This document shows, one piece after another, positions 9,054 through 19,190 of a stretch of DNA of 64,000 nucleotides; position 1 is the first letter of the stretch, and each line of letters opens with the position of its first letter. A program made the translations under genes and the position numbers. Source of the stretch: Candidatus Saccharimonadota bacterium (GTDB taxonomy: Bacteria > Patescibacteriota > Saccharimonadia > Saccharimonadales > Saccharimonadaceae). The notes under the pieces were generated by a model. That model was given only the letters and a program-made list of their open reading frames with translations, had not been told where the DNA came from and did not search any database. The stretch is from positions 27,005 through 91,004 of the forward strand of contig JAFOJO010000024.1 of assembly GCA_017421325.1 (NCBI GenBank). Direction: 5' to 3'.

Positions 9054-10108
9054 TTTTTAATTTTAGCTAGCATTTTATTTAGATAATAAAATGCATTTAA
9101 TGAGGATTCGTAAGTGCCAACTAATTCAATAACGTGCCCGCCAAAACCTTTTTTAAATTCGTAAATCCCGTAATCTTTGGCATTTGGGTCGGGCAAGCCT
9201 TGAATGCCATAAAAATTATAACGTTTAAAATGGTGCTTGGCGGCGTATTGAATCATATACCACTGAATAAGATATTGTGCGTTGTAATCTCGCATGTATT
9301 TTTGATCTGAGCCAGAAAATAGATAGATGATTTCGTCGCCATACATAATAAACATAGCTGCCGAGAGTGGTACTGTTTTGCCGTCAATCTTGGCTTCGGC
9401 GAGAATGAATTTGGCTTCGTTTTTTGGCACAAAAAGTCGGTACATTTTCTCATAATACGCTAATGGGCGGTCGGTAAAGTTGCGACGTTCGGACGTAGAT
9501 TCTGTAATTTGTTTAAGCTTGGGAAGTTCATCTTCGTCAATTTCGCGTATTTCTACGCCCATTTTTTCGGCTTTACGAATATGATTTCTAGTATTTCTCT
9601 TAAATTCGGACCAAAGTTCGTCGGCAGTGCGACCATTAATATCCAACGCAAAAAGATATTTTGGCTGAGAAGCGTGTTGTACTGGCTTAAAACCTAGGCT
9701 CTGGAGAGCAGAAACAACCTTTTGATGGTTGAAACCATGCTCGACCTCAATGCCATTGCGGTCACGTTGGATGAGTTCGTAATATGGACTAATTTGTAAC
9801 ACGTAGCCATTATGCGTTTTAGCATAAGAGCGAATTTTGGAGAGGAAAAACTTAGTGAGCGCGGTCTTTTCTAAATCTAGCAGTGGGCCTCCTGGTATAG
9901 TAAAAAGTGATTTACCAAAAAAAGTAGGTTTAGCAAAAGCTAGGGCGGCTGCAAGAATTTCTTCACCCTCTTTCACGGCAAAGTAATATGATGTCCAACC
10001 TTCAGATTCTCTATAACTGGCAATTTCTGATGTTTGAGTGAAAGAGCGATACTGATTTTGGTTGGCAAATTTCTTAAATTCTTCAACCGAGATTAAAACA
10101 AATTTCAT
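9038..10108 (-). CDS. FemABX/MurM-family peptidoglycan bridge aminoacyltransferase
   Basis: FTQTS, GGPLLD, RRNFTDRPLAYY, YNFYGI, GIYEFKKGF motifs. Confidence 0.85.
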   Translation of the reverse strand: MKFVLISVEEFKKFANQNQYRSFTQTSEIASYRESEGWTSYYFAVKEGEEILAAALAFAKPTFFGKSLFTIPGGPLLDLEKTALTKFFLSKIRSYAKTHNGYVLQISPYYELIQRDRNGIEVEHGFNHQKVVSALQSLGFKPVQHASQPKYLFALDINGRTADELWSEFKRNTRNHIRKAEKMGVEIREIDEDELPKLKQITESTSERRNFTDRPLAYYEKMYRLFVPKNEAKFILAEAKIDGKTVPLSAAMFIMYGDEIIYLFSGSDQKYMRDYNAQYLIQWYMIQYAAKHHFKRYNFYGIQGLPDPNAKDYGIYEFKKGFGGHVIELVGTYESSLNAFYYLNKMLAKIKNHLHR

Positions 10109-10152
10109 GTTTTTATTATACATCGATTATCGAATTTGTTATAATGAATTAT

Positions 10153-11793
10153 ATGCGAAGATTTAAGTTTAAGTCGGTGGTAAGATTGGCCAATATGAAG
10201 CTGTCGGTAAAATCGGCAGCGATCGTACTAGCTTCGTCTACTTTGGTCTCGGCTTTACTTGGGTTATTTCGCGACCGCTTGTTAAATTCCTATTACTTGG
10301 GCACTTATCCTACCGGGATCGATGCTTATACGGCAGCGTTTACCATACCAGATTTTATGTTTTTTATTTTGACTTCGGGCGCGTTAGCAGTATCGTTTAT
10401 TCCAGTATTTAATCAAAGGTTAGCTTCGGGTAACAAAAAATCAGCGTGGGAACTTTCTTCTAGTTTACTTAATTTGTTTGCAATTTTAACCTTAATTACT
10501 AGTGTGCTGATTATGATTTTTGCGGACCCTTTAATTCGCTATATTGTGAGTCCAGGATTAGACGAGTCTGGCATGATTCTCGCTATTAATATGACACGGG
10601 TGATTGCGATTAATCCGTTTTTGTTTTCTATTGCTACGGTGCTGACTTCTATTCAGCAGGCCGTGGGACGTTTTGTATTTTACGCCTTTGCGCCGGCGAT
10701 TTATAACATTGGTATTATCATTGGTATTACTTGCTTTACGGGCGGGATTAATGTCTTTGGCGTAGAAGTATTTGGCGGCGGGATTATGGGTGTGGCGCTA
10801 GGCGTAATACTGGGGGCGATTATGCAGCTAATCGTGTCTTTGATTGGACTATTTGGCCTAGGAATGGACTATAATTTCAAAATTAATTGGAAAAATCAAG
10901 GATTTAGGTCTATTTTGCGTCTATTGCCAGCGCGGTCACTAGATCAGGGGATTGACTACATAAATGGAATCGTAAACACAAACTTGTCCTCGCGGATGGG
11001 CGCTGGGGCGGTGAGGTCGTTTAACCAGGCATCTTCTTTACATTTAATGCCGGTAAATTTAATTGGTGTAGCAATTTCTACCGCTTTTTTTCCAAAACTA
11101 ACCGAAGAATTAGGTAACGGCGAAAAAGGGGAATTTAACAATACTTTTCGACAGGCGCTACGTACAATTATTTGGATAGCATTGCCGGTGTCGGTAATTG
11201 CGTTTTTTGGGCGGGGTTATGTAACCAGTTTTATTTCCAACATTGGCAATAACGATAGCAACGGCACAATCGCTTCAATACTTGGCACTTTGTGTATCGC
11301 GATTTTTGCGCGCAGCGTGTTTCATATTGCTTCGCGCGGATTTTACGCCTACCAAGATACCAAAACACCATTCGTGGTATCTATCGTTGCGATTGGGCTA
11401 ACGATTTTGCTATCAATATGGTTTTACGTGCTAGGCTGGGGGGTGGACGGGTTGGGCCTCGCGCAGTCTATCGGCGCAATTGTAGAAATTATTATCCTGC
11501 TGTATATTTTGCAAAAAAGGTCAAAGAAAGAATTATTAGATAAGGCTTTTTGGCGGGCAATGTTAAGAATGGCGTTTGCCACGATAATTGCTGGATGTGT
11601 GGCATTTTCGATGACTAAGTTTATTCCGCTGATGGCGACAGATAATTCGTTAGTAATCACCATTCCGAAATTCTTGGCGATTTCAACGATTTCGGCTGTT
11701 GCGTATATCGTGGCAAGTTATTTCTTGGACCTGAAGGAAGCTAAGCCAATCTTTAGCTACTTTAAGAAAATTTTGTTTAGAAACGCCAAGTAG
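10153..11793 (+). CDS. murJ: Lipid II flippase MurJ/MviN
   Basis: LGLFRD, DAYTAAFTIPD, SFIPVF; polytopic membrane protein. Confidence 0.9.
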   Translation: MRRFKFKSVVRLANMKLSVKSAAIVLASSTLVSALLGLFRDRLLNSYYLGTYPTGIDAYTAAFTIPDFMFFILTSGALAVSFIPVFNQRLASGNKKSAWELSSSLLNLFAILTLITSVLIMIFADPLIRYIVSPGLDESGMILAINMTRVIAINPFLFSIATVLTSIQQAVGRFVFYAFAPAIYNIGIIIGITCFTGGINVFGVEVFGGGIMGVALGVILGAIMQLIVSLIGLFGLGMDYNFKINWKNQGFRSILRLLPARSLDQGIDYINGIVNTNLSSRMGAGAVRSFNQASSLHLMPVNLIGVAISTAFFPKLTEELGNGEKGEFNNTFRQALRTIIWIALPVSVIAFFGRGYVTSFISNIGNNDSNGTIASILGTLCIAIFARSVFHIASRGFYAYQDTKTPFVVSIVAIGLTILLSIWFYVLGWGVDGLGLAQSIGAIVEIIILLYILQKRSKKELLDKAFWRAMLRMAFATIIAGCVAFSMTKFIPLMATDNSLVITIPKFLAISTISAVAYIVASYFLDLKEAKPIFSYFKKILFRNAK

Positions 11794-11809
11794 TGGTATA
11801 ATTTAGGAT

Positions 11810-12097
11810 ATGGAAATAAAACGCGAGGACATTATACATTTGGCGGATTTGTCAGATTTTTCTTTGAGTGAGTCGGAAATTACGTCTTTGGGGCAAGATT
11901 TGCAGGGAATTATCGGCTATATTTCGCAGTTAGAAGAATTAGACACCGACAATACTAAGCCAACCTATCAGGTATTTGAAATGGAAAATGTGTGGCGGGC
12001 AGACGAAATTTTGCCACAAGATGCCACACGTGAGGAGTTATTAGCCTTGACTAAAGAAGAAAAAGATAATCAAATAAAGGTACCGAAAGTATTATGA
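11810..12097 (+). CDS. gatC: Asp/Glu-tRNA amidotransferase subunit C
   Basis: I.HLA.LS...L pattern, KVPKVL end, position before gatA. Confidence 0.9.
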   Translation: MEIKREDIIHLADLSDFSLSESEITSLGQDLQGIIGYISQLEELDTDNTKPTYQVFEMENVWRADEILPQDATREELLALTKEEKDNQIKVPKVL

Positions 12098-13464
12098 AAA
12101 TAGCAAACAAAAAAGTAACAGCCGAGAGATTGGTGCGTGATGCTTTGGAAAAAGCCAAGCATTTTGCAGATTATAATATTTTTACGTTTTTGAACGAAGA
12201 AGGTGCTTTGGAAAAGGCACGCGAAATTGATGCGAAAATCGCCCGCGGGGAAGAAGTGGGGCGGCTGGCTGGCGTGCCGTATGCCTTGAAGGATAATTTT
12301 CTCAGCCCTGAAGGGCAAACTGCCGCGGCTTCGCATATTTTGGAGGGGTTTGTGTCGCCGGTGACAGCTACAGCAGTAGAAAAATTAGAGGCGGAAGGTG
12401 CGATTATGGTTGGGCGCACCAATATGGATGCATTTGCACACGGATCATCTACAGAAAATTCGTATTTTGGGCCAACGCACAATGCTTGCGATAAAGAACG
12501 AGTTGCCGGTGGATCTTCTGGCGGTTCGGCGGTAGCGGTAGCATTAGATATTGTAGAGTTTGCAACTGGCACCGATACTGGCGGTTCTATACGCCAACCG
12601 GCTTCATTCAATGGCGTATATGGATTAAAGCCTACGTATGGCACTATCTCGCGCTATGGCGTAGTAGCAATGGCGTCCTCTACGGATTGTATTGGATTCT
12701 TTACAAAAACCCCAGACGATATGAATTTATTAATGGAGATTGCGAGCGGGCAAGACGAAAAAGACCTTACGACTTTACCAGATTACTACGACAATGCAGG
12801 CGCCAAAAAGATTACTAAGGTCGGAATTATCAAGGATTTTGACAACAACTCAGTACATCCAGAAATCCGCAAAGCTTTACAGAATAAAATCGAGCTACTA
12901 AAATCTAAGGGCTATGAAATCGTAGATTTAGAAATGCCGGCTTTAAAATATGCGCTCGCGGCATATTACATAATTGTACCGGCAGAAGTAGCAAGTAATT
13001 TATCGCGCTATGACGGAGTGCGATACGGATTTCGTTCGGAAAAATCGGAAGATTTAGACGCGCTCTATAAGAATACACGCGGTGAAGGTTTTATGCCAGA
13101 AAATAAACGCAGGATTATGATCGGGAACTTTGTATTGTCTAGCGGATTTTATGATGCATATTTCCTAAAAGCAGCCAAAGCGCGAACTTTAATCGTGCAG
13201 GAGTACACAAAAGCCTTCGAGAAGTGCGATTTTATACTTTCACCGGTTACGCCAAATCCAGCCTTTAAGTTAGGCGAAAAAACTAGTGATCCGGTAACTA
13301 TGTATCTAGAAGATGCGATGACGGTACCATTAAACCTTGCTGGCGTACCTGGCCTTACTATACCGGCCGGTAAGACAGAGGATGGCGTCGCCCTAGGGCT
13401 ACAGCTGATTGGCCCGCGACGCAGCGATAAGAATTTAATCGAATTCTCTAAGGAGCTAATATAA
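12094..13464 (+). CDS. gatA: Asp/Glu-tRNA amidotransferase subunit A
   Basis: Amidase signature GGSSGGS, GTDTGGSIRQPA, SRYDGVRYG. Confidence 0.97.
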   Translation: MKIANKKVTAERLVRDALEKAKHFADYNIFTFLNEEGALEKAREIDAKIARGEEVGRLAGVPYALKDNFLSPEGQTAAASHILEGFVSPVTATAVEKLEAEGAIMVGRTNMDAFAHGSSTENSYFGPTHNACDKERVAGGSSGGSAVAVALDIVEFATGTDTGGSIRQPASFNGVYGLKPTYGTISRYGVVAMASSTDCIGFFTKTPDDMNLLMEIASGQDEKDLTTLPDYYDNAGAKKITKVGIIKDFDNNSVHPEIRKALQNKIELLKSKGYEIVDLEMPALKYALAAYYIIVPAEVASNLSRYDGVRYGFRSEKSEDLDALYKNTRGEGFMPENKRRIMIGNFVLSSGFYDAYFLKAAKARTLIVQEYTKAFEKCDFILSPVTPNPAFKLGEKTSDPVTMYLEDAMTVPLNLAGVPGLTIPAGKTEDGVALGLQLIGPRRSDKNLIEFSKELI

Positions 13465-13883
13465 TGGACGGCGGAGTAGTAACTTTTATCTTTGCGATAC
13501 TATTCGTAGCCGTGCTGGTATTTATTGCAATTTTATTAACTGGTAAGCGCGGGCACCATTTTAATGTAGAAGCTTATCAGTCACGGTTTTTGGCGATTGA
13601 AAATAAATTATCTCAAGATAATCCAGCCACTTTTATAACGACAGTGATAGAAGCGGACAAATTACTGGATAAAGCACTGATAGAGATGGGTGTGCCGGGC
13701 AAAACTATGGGGGATAGATTAAAGCGTTCTGGTGGAAGATTTACAGATATTAATGCGGTGTGGCGGGCACACAAATTACGTAATGCTATCGCGCACGAGC
13801 CCGATTTGGAGATGAGTCATAAAAAAGCATCTAATGCGTTGGCGGTTTATAAGCAAGCGTTAAAAGATTTAGGAGCCATATAA
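13464..13883 (+). CDS. Membrane-anchored hypothetical protein
   Basis: N-terminal TM; EADKLLD...GKTMGDRLK...AHKLRNAIAHE. Confidence 0.7.
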   Translation: MDGGVVTFIFAILFVAVLVFIAILLTGKRGHHFNVEAYQSRFLAIENKLSQDNPATFITTVIEADKLLDKALIEMGVPGKTMGDRLKRSGGRFTDINAVWRAHKLRNAIAHEPDLEMSHKKASNALAVYKQALKDLGAI

Positions 13884-15295
13884 TGAAATATATACCTACA
13901 ATTGGCATAGAATGTCATGTACAGCTAGCCACCAAAACGAAATTATTTTCCGAAGTAGATAACGATGCGCGCGGTAAAGAGCCAAATTCTTGCGTATCGC
14001 CGGTAGATTATGCCTTGCCAGGCATGCTGCCGCGTCTAAACGGGGAAGCAATAAAGTTTGCAATCTTGGCTGGTAGGGCCATGAACTGCGAAATTAATGC
14101 TTATTCTAGGTTTGATCGTAAACATTATTTCTACCCAGATTCACCAAAAGGCTATCAGATTACTCAGTTTTATCATCCGATTATCGGTGAAGGTTATGTG
14201 GAATTGCCATCCGGTGCCAGAATTCGCATAGAGCACGCACACCTAGAGGGTGATGCGGGCAAATTAACGCATTTTGATATGTATTCACTGGTGGATTTAA
14301 ACCGCGTAGATACGCCACTAATTGAAATTGTTTCTATGCCGGATATTCACTCGGCGAAAGATGCACACGATTATTGTAAGGAACTATGGCGGCTGATGAC
14401 TTTTGCCGGGGTATCGTATGGAGATTTATATAATGGCAATATGCGTTTTGATGTAAATGTTTCTTTGGCGCCAGAAGGCGCTACTGAGCTTGGTACGCGC
14501 GCCGAGGTGAAGAATTTAAATTCATTCAGAAGCGTAGAGCGAGCCGTAGAATATGAAATTGCACGACAGAGCAAAATACTAGATGCTGGTGAAAAGGTAG
14601 TACAAGAAACTAGGGGTTGGAACGATAGCACAGGCAAAACTACCGGGCAGCGTAGCAAGGAAGAGGCTAAAGACTATCGCTATATGCCAGAGCCAGACTT
14701 ACCACCGATTAATCTAACCGCTGAATTCATTGAGACAGAATCCGCAAAATTGCCGCTAATGCCAACAGGTTATCGCAAGAAGTTTGGCGGTGTTTTGAAG
14801 GCTGAAATTTTAGAGGTTCTACTAGATTATGCCGAATTAATGAAAAAACTTGCTGAGATTGATGAGAAATATGTGGTAGCAATTGCGAATCTGTTTACTT
14901 CTGTATTACTAGCTGAGGAAAAATCGGCGGAATATCTCAATGATTTGCCAACTGCAAAGCAATTAAATGACCTGGCAGAGATGAACGAAAAGAAAGAGCT
15001 CAGCTCTACCGCTACAAAAGAGGTATTCCTCCGATTGTTTGATCCACAAATGAAAGGCCGCGACACTAAGGTCATCGCTAAGGAATTGGGGTTAATTCAA
15101 GAAAATGATTTGGGCGCCCTAGAAGCAATAGTAGATACGGTTCTAGCTAAGCCAGAGACTCAGAAGGCCCAGGCCGATTTTAAGGCTGGGGAAGAAAAAG
15201 TGATTGGTTTCTTGGTGGGACAAGTGATGAAAGAATCCCATGGTAAAGCTAATCCATCTGCCGTGCAAGAGATTTTACGAAAAAAGTTAGCTTAA
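13883..15295 (+). CDS. gatB: Asp/Glu-tRNA amidotransferase subunit B
   Basis: IGIECHVQL, FDRKHYFYPD, DYRYMPEPDLPP. Confidence 0.97.
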   Translation: MKYIPTIGIECHVQLATKTKLFSEVDNDARGKEPNSCVSPVDYALPGMLPRLNGEAIKFAILAGRAMNCEINAYSRFDRKHYFYPDSPKGYQITQFYHPIIGEGYVELPSGARIRIEHAHLEGDAGKLTHFDMYSLVDLNRVDTPLIEIVSMPDIHSAKDAHDYCKELWRLMTFAGVSYGDLYNGNMRFDVNVSLAPEGATELGTRAEVKNLNSFRSVERAVEYEIARQSKILDAGEKVVQETRGWNDSTGKTTGQRSKEEAKDYRYMPEPDLPPINLTAEFIETESAKLPLMPTGYRKKFGGVLKAEILEVLLDYAELMKKLAEIDEKYVVAIANLFTSVLLAEEKSAEYLNDLPTAKQLNDLAEMNEKKELSSTATKEVFLRLFDPQMKGRDTKVIAKELGLIQENDLGALEAIVDTVLAKPETQKAQADFKAGEEKVIGFLVGQVMKESHGKANPSAVQEILRKKLA

Positions 15296-15299
15296 GCGC

Positions 15300-15328
15300 T
15301 TGACGGATGCTAATGGATGCGGTAAGAT
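15300..15328 (+). promoter_or_regulatory. Sigma70-type promoter
   Basis: TTGACG (15300-05), 17 nt, TAAGAT (15323-28). Confidence 0.65.
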
Positions 15329-15455
15329 GGTCTACATAGACGGTGATATCTGTCTTGTGTTATTTAAAACGATTGTAGGAAAATAAACCCAGGACGGTGG
15401 CTCGTCATTGACGTAAGTATATACTACGTCCCAGCCGGAAAGGAGGAAATTATCC

Positions 15456-15623
15456 TTGACGCGAACATTTTTCCCGATGAGGATCCCAGGTTTTGCCGCA
15501 CCAATAGGGCGGCCAGTACCTGAAGGATTAGGCCTCTTGGAGAAGCCGCTGGGGGATGATAATCAGCAAAGTACCCCCTTCACCGTGGCGGCACAAGCGT
15601 ACGATAAGCTTGTGCCGAAGTAG
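15456..15623 (+). CDS. Possible 55-aa small ORF (TTG start)
   Basis: AGGAGG 9 nt upstream of TTG; no recognisable homology. Confidence 0.3.
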   Translation: MTRTFFPMRIPGFAAPIGRPVPEGLGLLEKPLGDDNQQSTPFTVAAQAYDKLVPK

Positions 15624-15899
15624 CTTAAGAGGCTACCGTTTGCGGAAGTTATGTTATCTAAGTTTTTTTCACTTCCCCTAATACAGTAGCCTCGGTAAAA
15701 ATCCGCGCATACGTTCACAGATGCGTAGGCATGCGAACACACAAAATCGTTTTTTATCGTTTTAGTAACACGTCCGAACATTAAAAGTCATCCGGTAGGC
15801 GCGATCCAGAGCCAGTCGCAAATCTAAACCCTATTGCTAGTTAATGAACAATTGAATAATGAATAATCTTTTCGGCTCAGGATGACTATTATCCTCTCT

Positions 15900-15930
15900 A
15901 ATCCCAGTACAGCCAGTACTGGGATTTTTC
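15900..15930 (+). terminator. Intrinsic terminator
   Basis: AATCCCAGTAC-AGCCA-GTACTGGGATT followed by Ts. Confidence 0.8.
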
Positions 15931-16049
15931 CTGCCTTTCAACCAAATCTAGTGGTTTATGCTTGACAAGAATAAGCATGTGTGGTATAATGATGATATGG
16001 ATAGGAGGTTTGCAGCCTAGCCAAATAAAAAACAGGACCGGTGCTGTCT

Positions 16050-16760
16050 ATGAAAATAGCAAAAGTAGTTTTAACATTCATCTCTAATTTCCTCCAAGCA
16101 AGGAAAAAGAGAAAGGAGAGAAAGAGGATAGGAAACTATCGCAGGGAAAGGTATTATAGCAAAAAGGCAAAAGATTTCATACGAAGACCGTTTATATACT
16201 CGAGCATCCCCAGGACCGAAAAGGTGTTGATCATCGCCTACGGCGTTCTGGATTTCTACAAGTATTACGGCAAACGGTATCTATTGCAAGCCGTAGAAGT
16301 CGCATTATCTTTATGGAGCGATATTCTACAGCTTGACTTGGTGGCGTCGATGTCGCCAGAGTCATTAGAAGACTATAATATCCCGGCAGTGAATGCATGT
16401 TTCAATGATCTACTGTTGAAGTACGGTCACTTAGATGTAGTATACCACAAGCGTAAATACAGAAAGTTGAAGCATGCAGCTTGTAAAGCTGCTAGTTCTA
16501 AAGCCGGTGATCACTTCTATCTTACGGAACAAAGAATCGGGATGCCAGTAAGAATGTTCTTGGTGTGGTATAAGGGCGGAGTGTCTATTCCGAACGATAT
16601 ACTGCAGGAATGGTCAGGGATACCAGCGGATAAGCTGGAGGATGCATACCAAAGCATTTTACAGATCTTTAAGGATGACTTAAAATCAAATGGAAGATGG
16701 GACATGCTGACTAATTCAACCAAAAAATTCGAGGCTCCGATTATTGAAGTTTCAATCTAA
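16050..16760 (+). CDS. Hypothetical basic protein (unrecognised)
   Basis: Long ORF with own consensus promoter TTGACA-17-TATAAT (15962-15990) and a UUCG-loop terminator at 16795-16818; GTG at 16041 is an alternative start. Confidence 0.7.
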   Translation: MKIAKVVLTFISNFLQARKKRKERKRIGNYRRERYYSKKAKDFIRRPFIYSSIPRTEKVLIIAYGVLDFYKYYGKRYLLQAVEVALSLWSDILQLDLVASMSPESLEDYNIPAVNACFNDLLLKYGHLDVVYHKRKYRKLKHAACKAASSKAGDHFYLTEQRIGMPVRMFLVWYKGGVSIPNDILQEWSGIPADKLEDAYQSILQIFKDDLKSNGRWDMLTNSTKKFEAPIIEVSI

Positions 16761-16945
16761 CCCCTATTTCTCCTCATTCAGGCTAGGCCTGGGGCCCCGA
16801 GTTCGCTCGGGGATTTTTCTTGGCCAAAATTTTAGATTAAATTTCATTTTATTTTTGCAGTAGATATGGTATAATTTAGCAAAATATGTCTTGTTTTTGA
16901 GTGTGGAGCTTAAAAAAGACCAAAATAATAAATTAAAAGGAGCAT

Positions 16946-19045
16946 ATGGCTACTGAAGTTAAAGACCTAAAAAATCTGCGGAATATCGGGATTATCGCTC
17001 ATATTGACGCAGGCAAAACTACTACCTCAGAAGCGATTTTGTATCGCACGGGGTTGAAACATAAAATTGACCTAGTGAAGGGTGGCACTGGTGGTGCCGA
17101 TACCGACTGGATGGAGCAGGAAAAGGAACGTGGTATCACTATTACCTCTGCCGCGGTAACGGTTTTCTGGAAAAATCATCAAATCAACATTATTGATACC
17201 CCGGGCCACATTGACTTTACCGCCGAGGTAGAGCGTTCACTACGTGTACTAGATGGTGCCGTGGTGGTATTTGACGGCAAGATGGGCGTAGAGGCGCAGT
17301 CTGAGACTGTATGGCGCCAGGCTACTAAATATGGTATTCCACGTATTTGTTTCGTAAACAAAATTAACCAGATTGGTGGCGATTTCTATAAATCACTAGA
17401 TTCTATCCACAAGCGCTTGTCTAAAAACGCAGTAGCAATCCACTTGCCAATTGGTTTTGAAAAAGATATTTGTGGCGTAGTAGATTTAGTAGATATGAAG
17501 GCTTACACCTATAAGGATTATGCCGACCACGAGCTAACAGTCGGTGAAATTCCAGCCGATATGGTAGAGAAGGCCAAAAATGCTCGTTCGATGTTGGTAG
17601 AGGAAGCCGTCCAAGCCGATGAAAACTTGATGAATAAGTTCTTTGAGGAAGGCGAAGACGCTATTACTGTAGACGAGCTAAAGGCAGCACTACGCAAGCG
17701 CGTGCTTGACGGCGATTTCTTCTTAGTAACTGGTGGCGATGGTCGTGGTGTGATTGTAGAAAAAGTTCTAGACCTCATGACCGATTACTTGCCATCACCT
17801 CTAGATCGTGACCAAGGTCAAACCGTAGGCACCAATCCAAAGACTGGTGACGAAATCGTACGCAAGGCTGAAAACTCTGAACCTTTGACAGCTTTGGCAT
17901 TTAAGATTGCAACAGATCCGTTCGTAGGTAAGTTAATCTTTGTACGCGTATATGCTGGTAAATTAAAGTCTGGTGACACCGTATATAATGCCACAACTGG
18001 TGACAAGGAAAGAATCGGGCGTTTGGTACGTATGCATGCTAACGATCGTAAAGAGATTTCAGAGATTGGCGCAGGTGACATTGCCGCTATCGTAGGGCTC
18101 AAGAATTGTACCACTGGTACTACTCTTTGTGATCCAGCACATCCAATCTTACTAGAGTCTATCGAATTCCCAGATCCACCAGTGTCTATCGCCGTCGAAC
18201 CGAAGACTAAAGCCGACCAAGAAAAAATGGGGCTTGGGCTTTCTAAAATGGCAGAAGAAGACCCAACCTTCCGCGTGCATACTGATGAAGAAACTGGCCA
18301 GACAATCATTTCTGGCATGGGTGAGTTACACCTAGAAATCATTATAGACCGTTTGAAACGCGAACATAATGTAGAAGCCAATACTGGCGCACCACAAGTA
18401 GCTTATCGTGAAACTATTCGCGGTACCGCAGAGGCACAAGGTAAGCACATTAAACAGTCTGGTGGTCGTGGTCAGTACGGTGACGTATGGATTAAGTTTG
18501 AGCCAAACGAACCAGGGAAAGGCTTTGAATTTATTGACCAAATTAAAGGCGGCGTGGTGCCTCAAGAATACCGCAAGCCGGTACAAAAAGGCGTGGAAGA
18601 CACACTTGCTGGTGGCGTTATCGCTGGTTATCCAGTAGTAGATATTAAGGCTACACTTTATGATGGTAGCTACCACGATGTGGACTCATCCGAGCTCGCC
18701 TTTACCTTGGCTGGTGCTTTAGCTACTCGTGAAGGTATCAAGAAAGCTAACCCAGTACTCTTGGAGCCTGTGATGAAACTTGAAATCACCACTCCAGAAG
18801 AATTTATGGGTGACGTAATTGGCGATATCAACTCTCGCCGTGGCCGGATTGACGAAATGGAAGATCTGAACGGTGGTGCTAAGCTGATTAAGGCGTTCTG
18901 CCCGCTGGCAAACTTGTTCGGCTACACCGGTGATTTGCGTGGTATGACGCAGGGCCGTGCAGCCTCTTCCATGGAGCTCTTTGCTTACGAGGAAGTTCCG
19001 CCAAACGTAGCGCAAGAGATTATTGAGAAGAGAAATTCGAAATAA
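16946..19045 (+). CDS. fusA: Elongation factor G
   Basis: AHIDAGKTT, RGITI, DTPGH, GMGELHL, GGRGQYG. Confidence 0.99.
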   Translation: MATEVKDLKNLRNIGIIAHIDAGKTTTSEAILYRTGLKHKIDLVKGGTGGADTDWMEQEKERGITITSAAVTVFWKNHQINIIDTPGHIDFTAEVERSLRVLDGAVVVFDGKMGVEAQSETVWRQATKYGIPRICFVNKINQIGGDFYKSLDSIHKRLSKNAVAIHLPIGFEKDICGVVDLVDMKAYTYKDYADHELTVGEIPADMVEKAKNARSMLVEEAVQADENLMNKFFEEGEDAITVDELKAALRKRVLDGDFFLVTGGDGRGVIVEKVLDLMTDYLPSPLDRDQGQTVGTNPKTGDEIVRKAENSEPLTALAFKIATDPFVGKLIFVRVYAGKLKSGDTVYNATTGDKERIGRLVRMHANDRKEISEIGAGDIAAIVGLKNCTTGTTLCDPAHPILLESIEFPDPPVSIAVEPKTKADQEKMGLGLSKMAEEDPTFRVHTDEETGQTIISGMGELHLEIIIDRLKREHNVEANTGAPQVAYRETIRGTAEAQGKHIKQSGGRGQYGDVWIKFEPNEPGKGFEFIDQIKGGVVPQEYRKPVQKGVEDTLAGGVIAGYPVVDIKATLYDGSYHDVDSSELAFTLAGALATREGIKKANPVLLEPVMKLEITTPEEFMGDVIGDINSRRGRIDEMEDLNGGAKLIKAFCPLANLFGYTGDLRGMTQGRAASSMELFAYEEVPPNVAQEIIEKRNSK

Positions 19046-19060
19046 TCTAGCTCAAAATAA

Positions 19061-19094
19061 TAAAAAGACCAGATAAAATTATCTGGTCTTTTTA
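19061..19094. terminator. Bidirectional terminator
   Basis: TAAAAAGACCAGAT/ATCTGGTCTTTTTA perfect stem between convergent genes. Confidence 0.85.
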
Positions 19095-19190
19095 TTTGGG
19101 GGGGCAGAAAAAAATCATCATTAAACATTTAGCTATTTCCGACTATAAAAAATAATCGGCCATACGACCGATTATTTTTACTTACTTTGA

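Larger units (their letters stand above)
15335..15930 (+). ncRNA. Candidate large structured ncRNA (~590 nt)
   Basis: Bounded by a promoter and an intrinsic terminator; multiple local and long-range helices; no long plus-strand ORF. Confidence 0.5.

Noticed and set aside
15563-15781. 72-aa minus-strand ORF and the many short ORFs nested antisense to known genes
   Set aside because: No SD or promoter and no protein-like features; shadow frames
15335-15930. RNase P RNA, tmRNA or group I/II intron as identity of the large RNA
   Set aside because: GAGGAAATTATCC only loosely resembles GAGGAAAGUCC and the other RNase P conserved regions are absent; no tRNA-like ends or tag; no GUGYG start or P7 motifs
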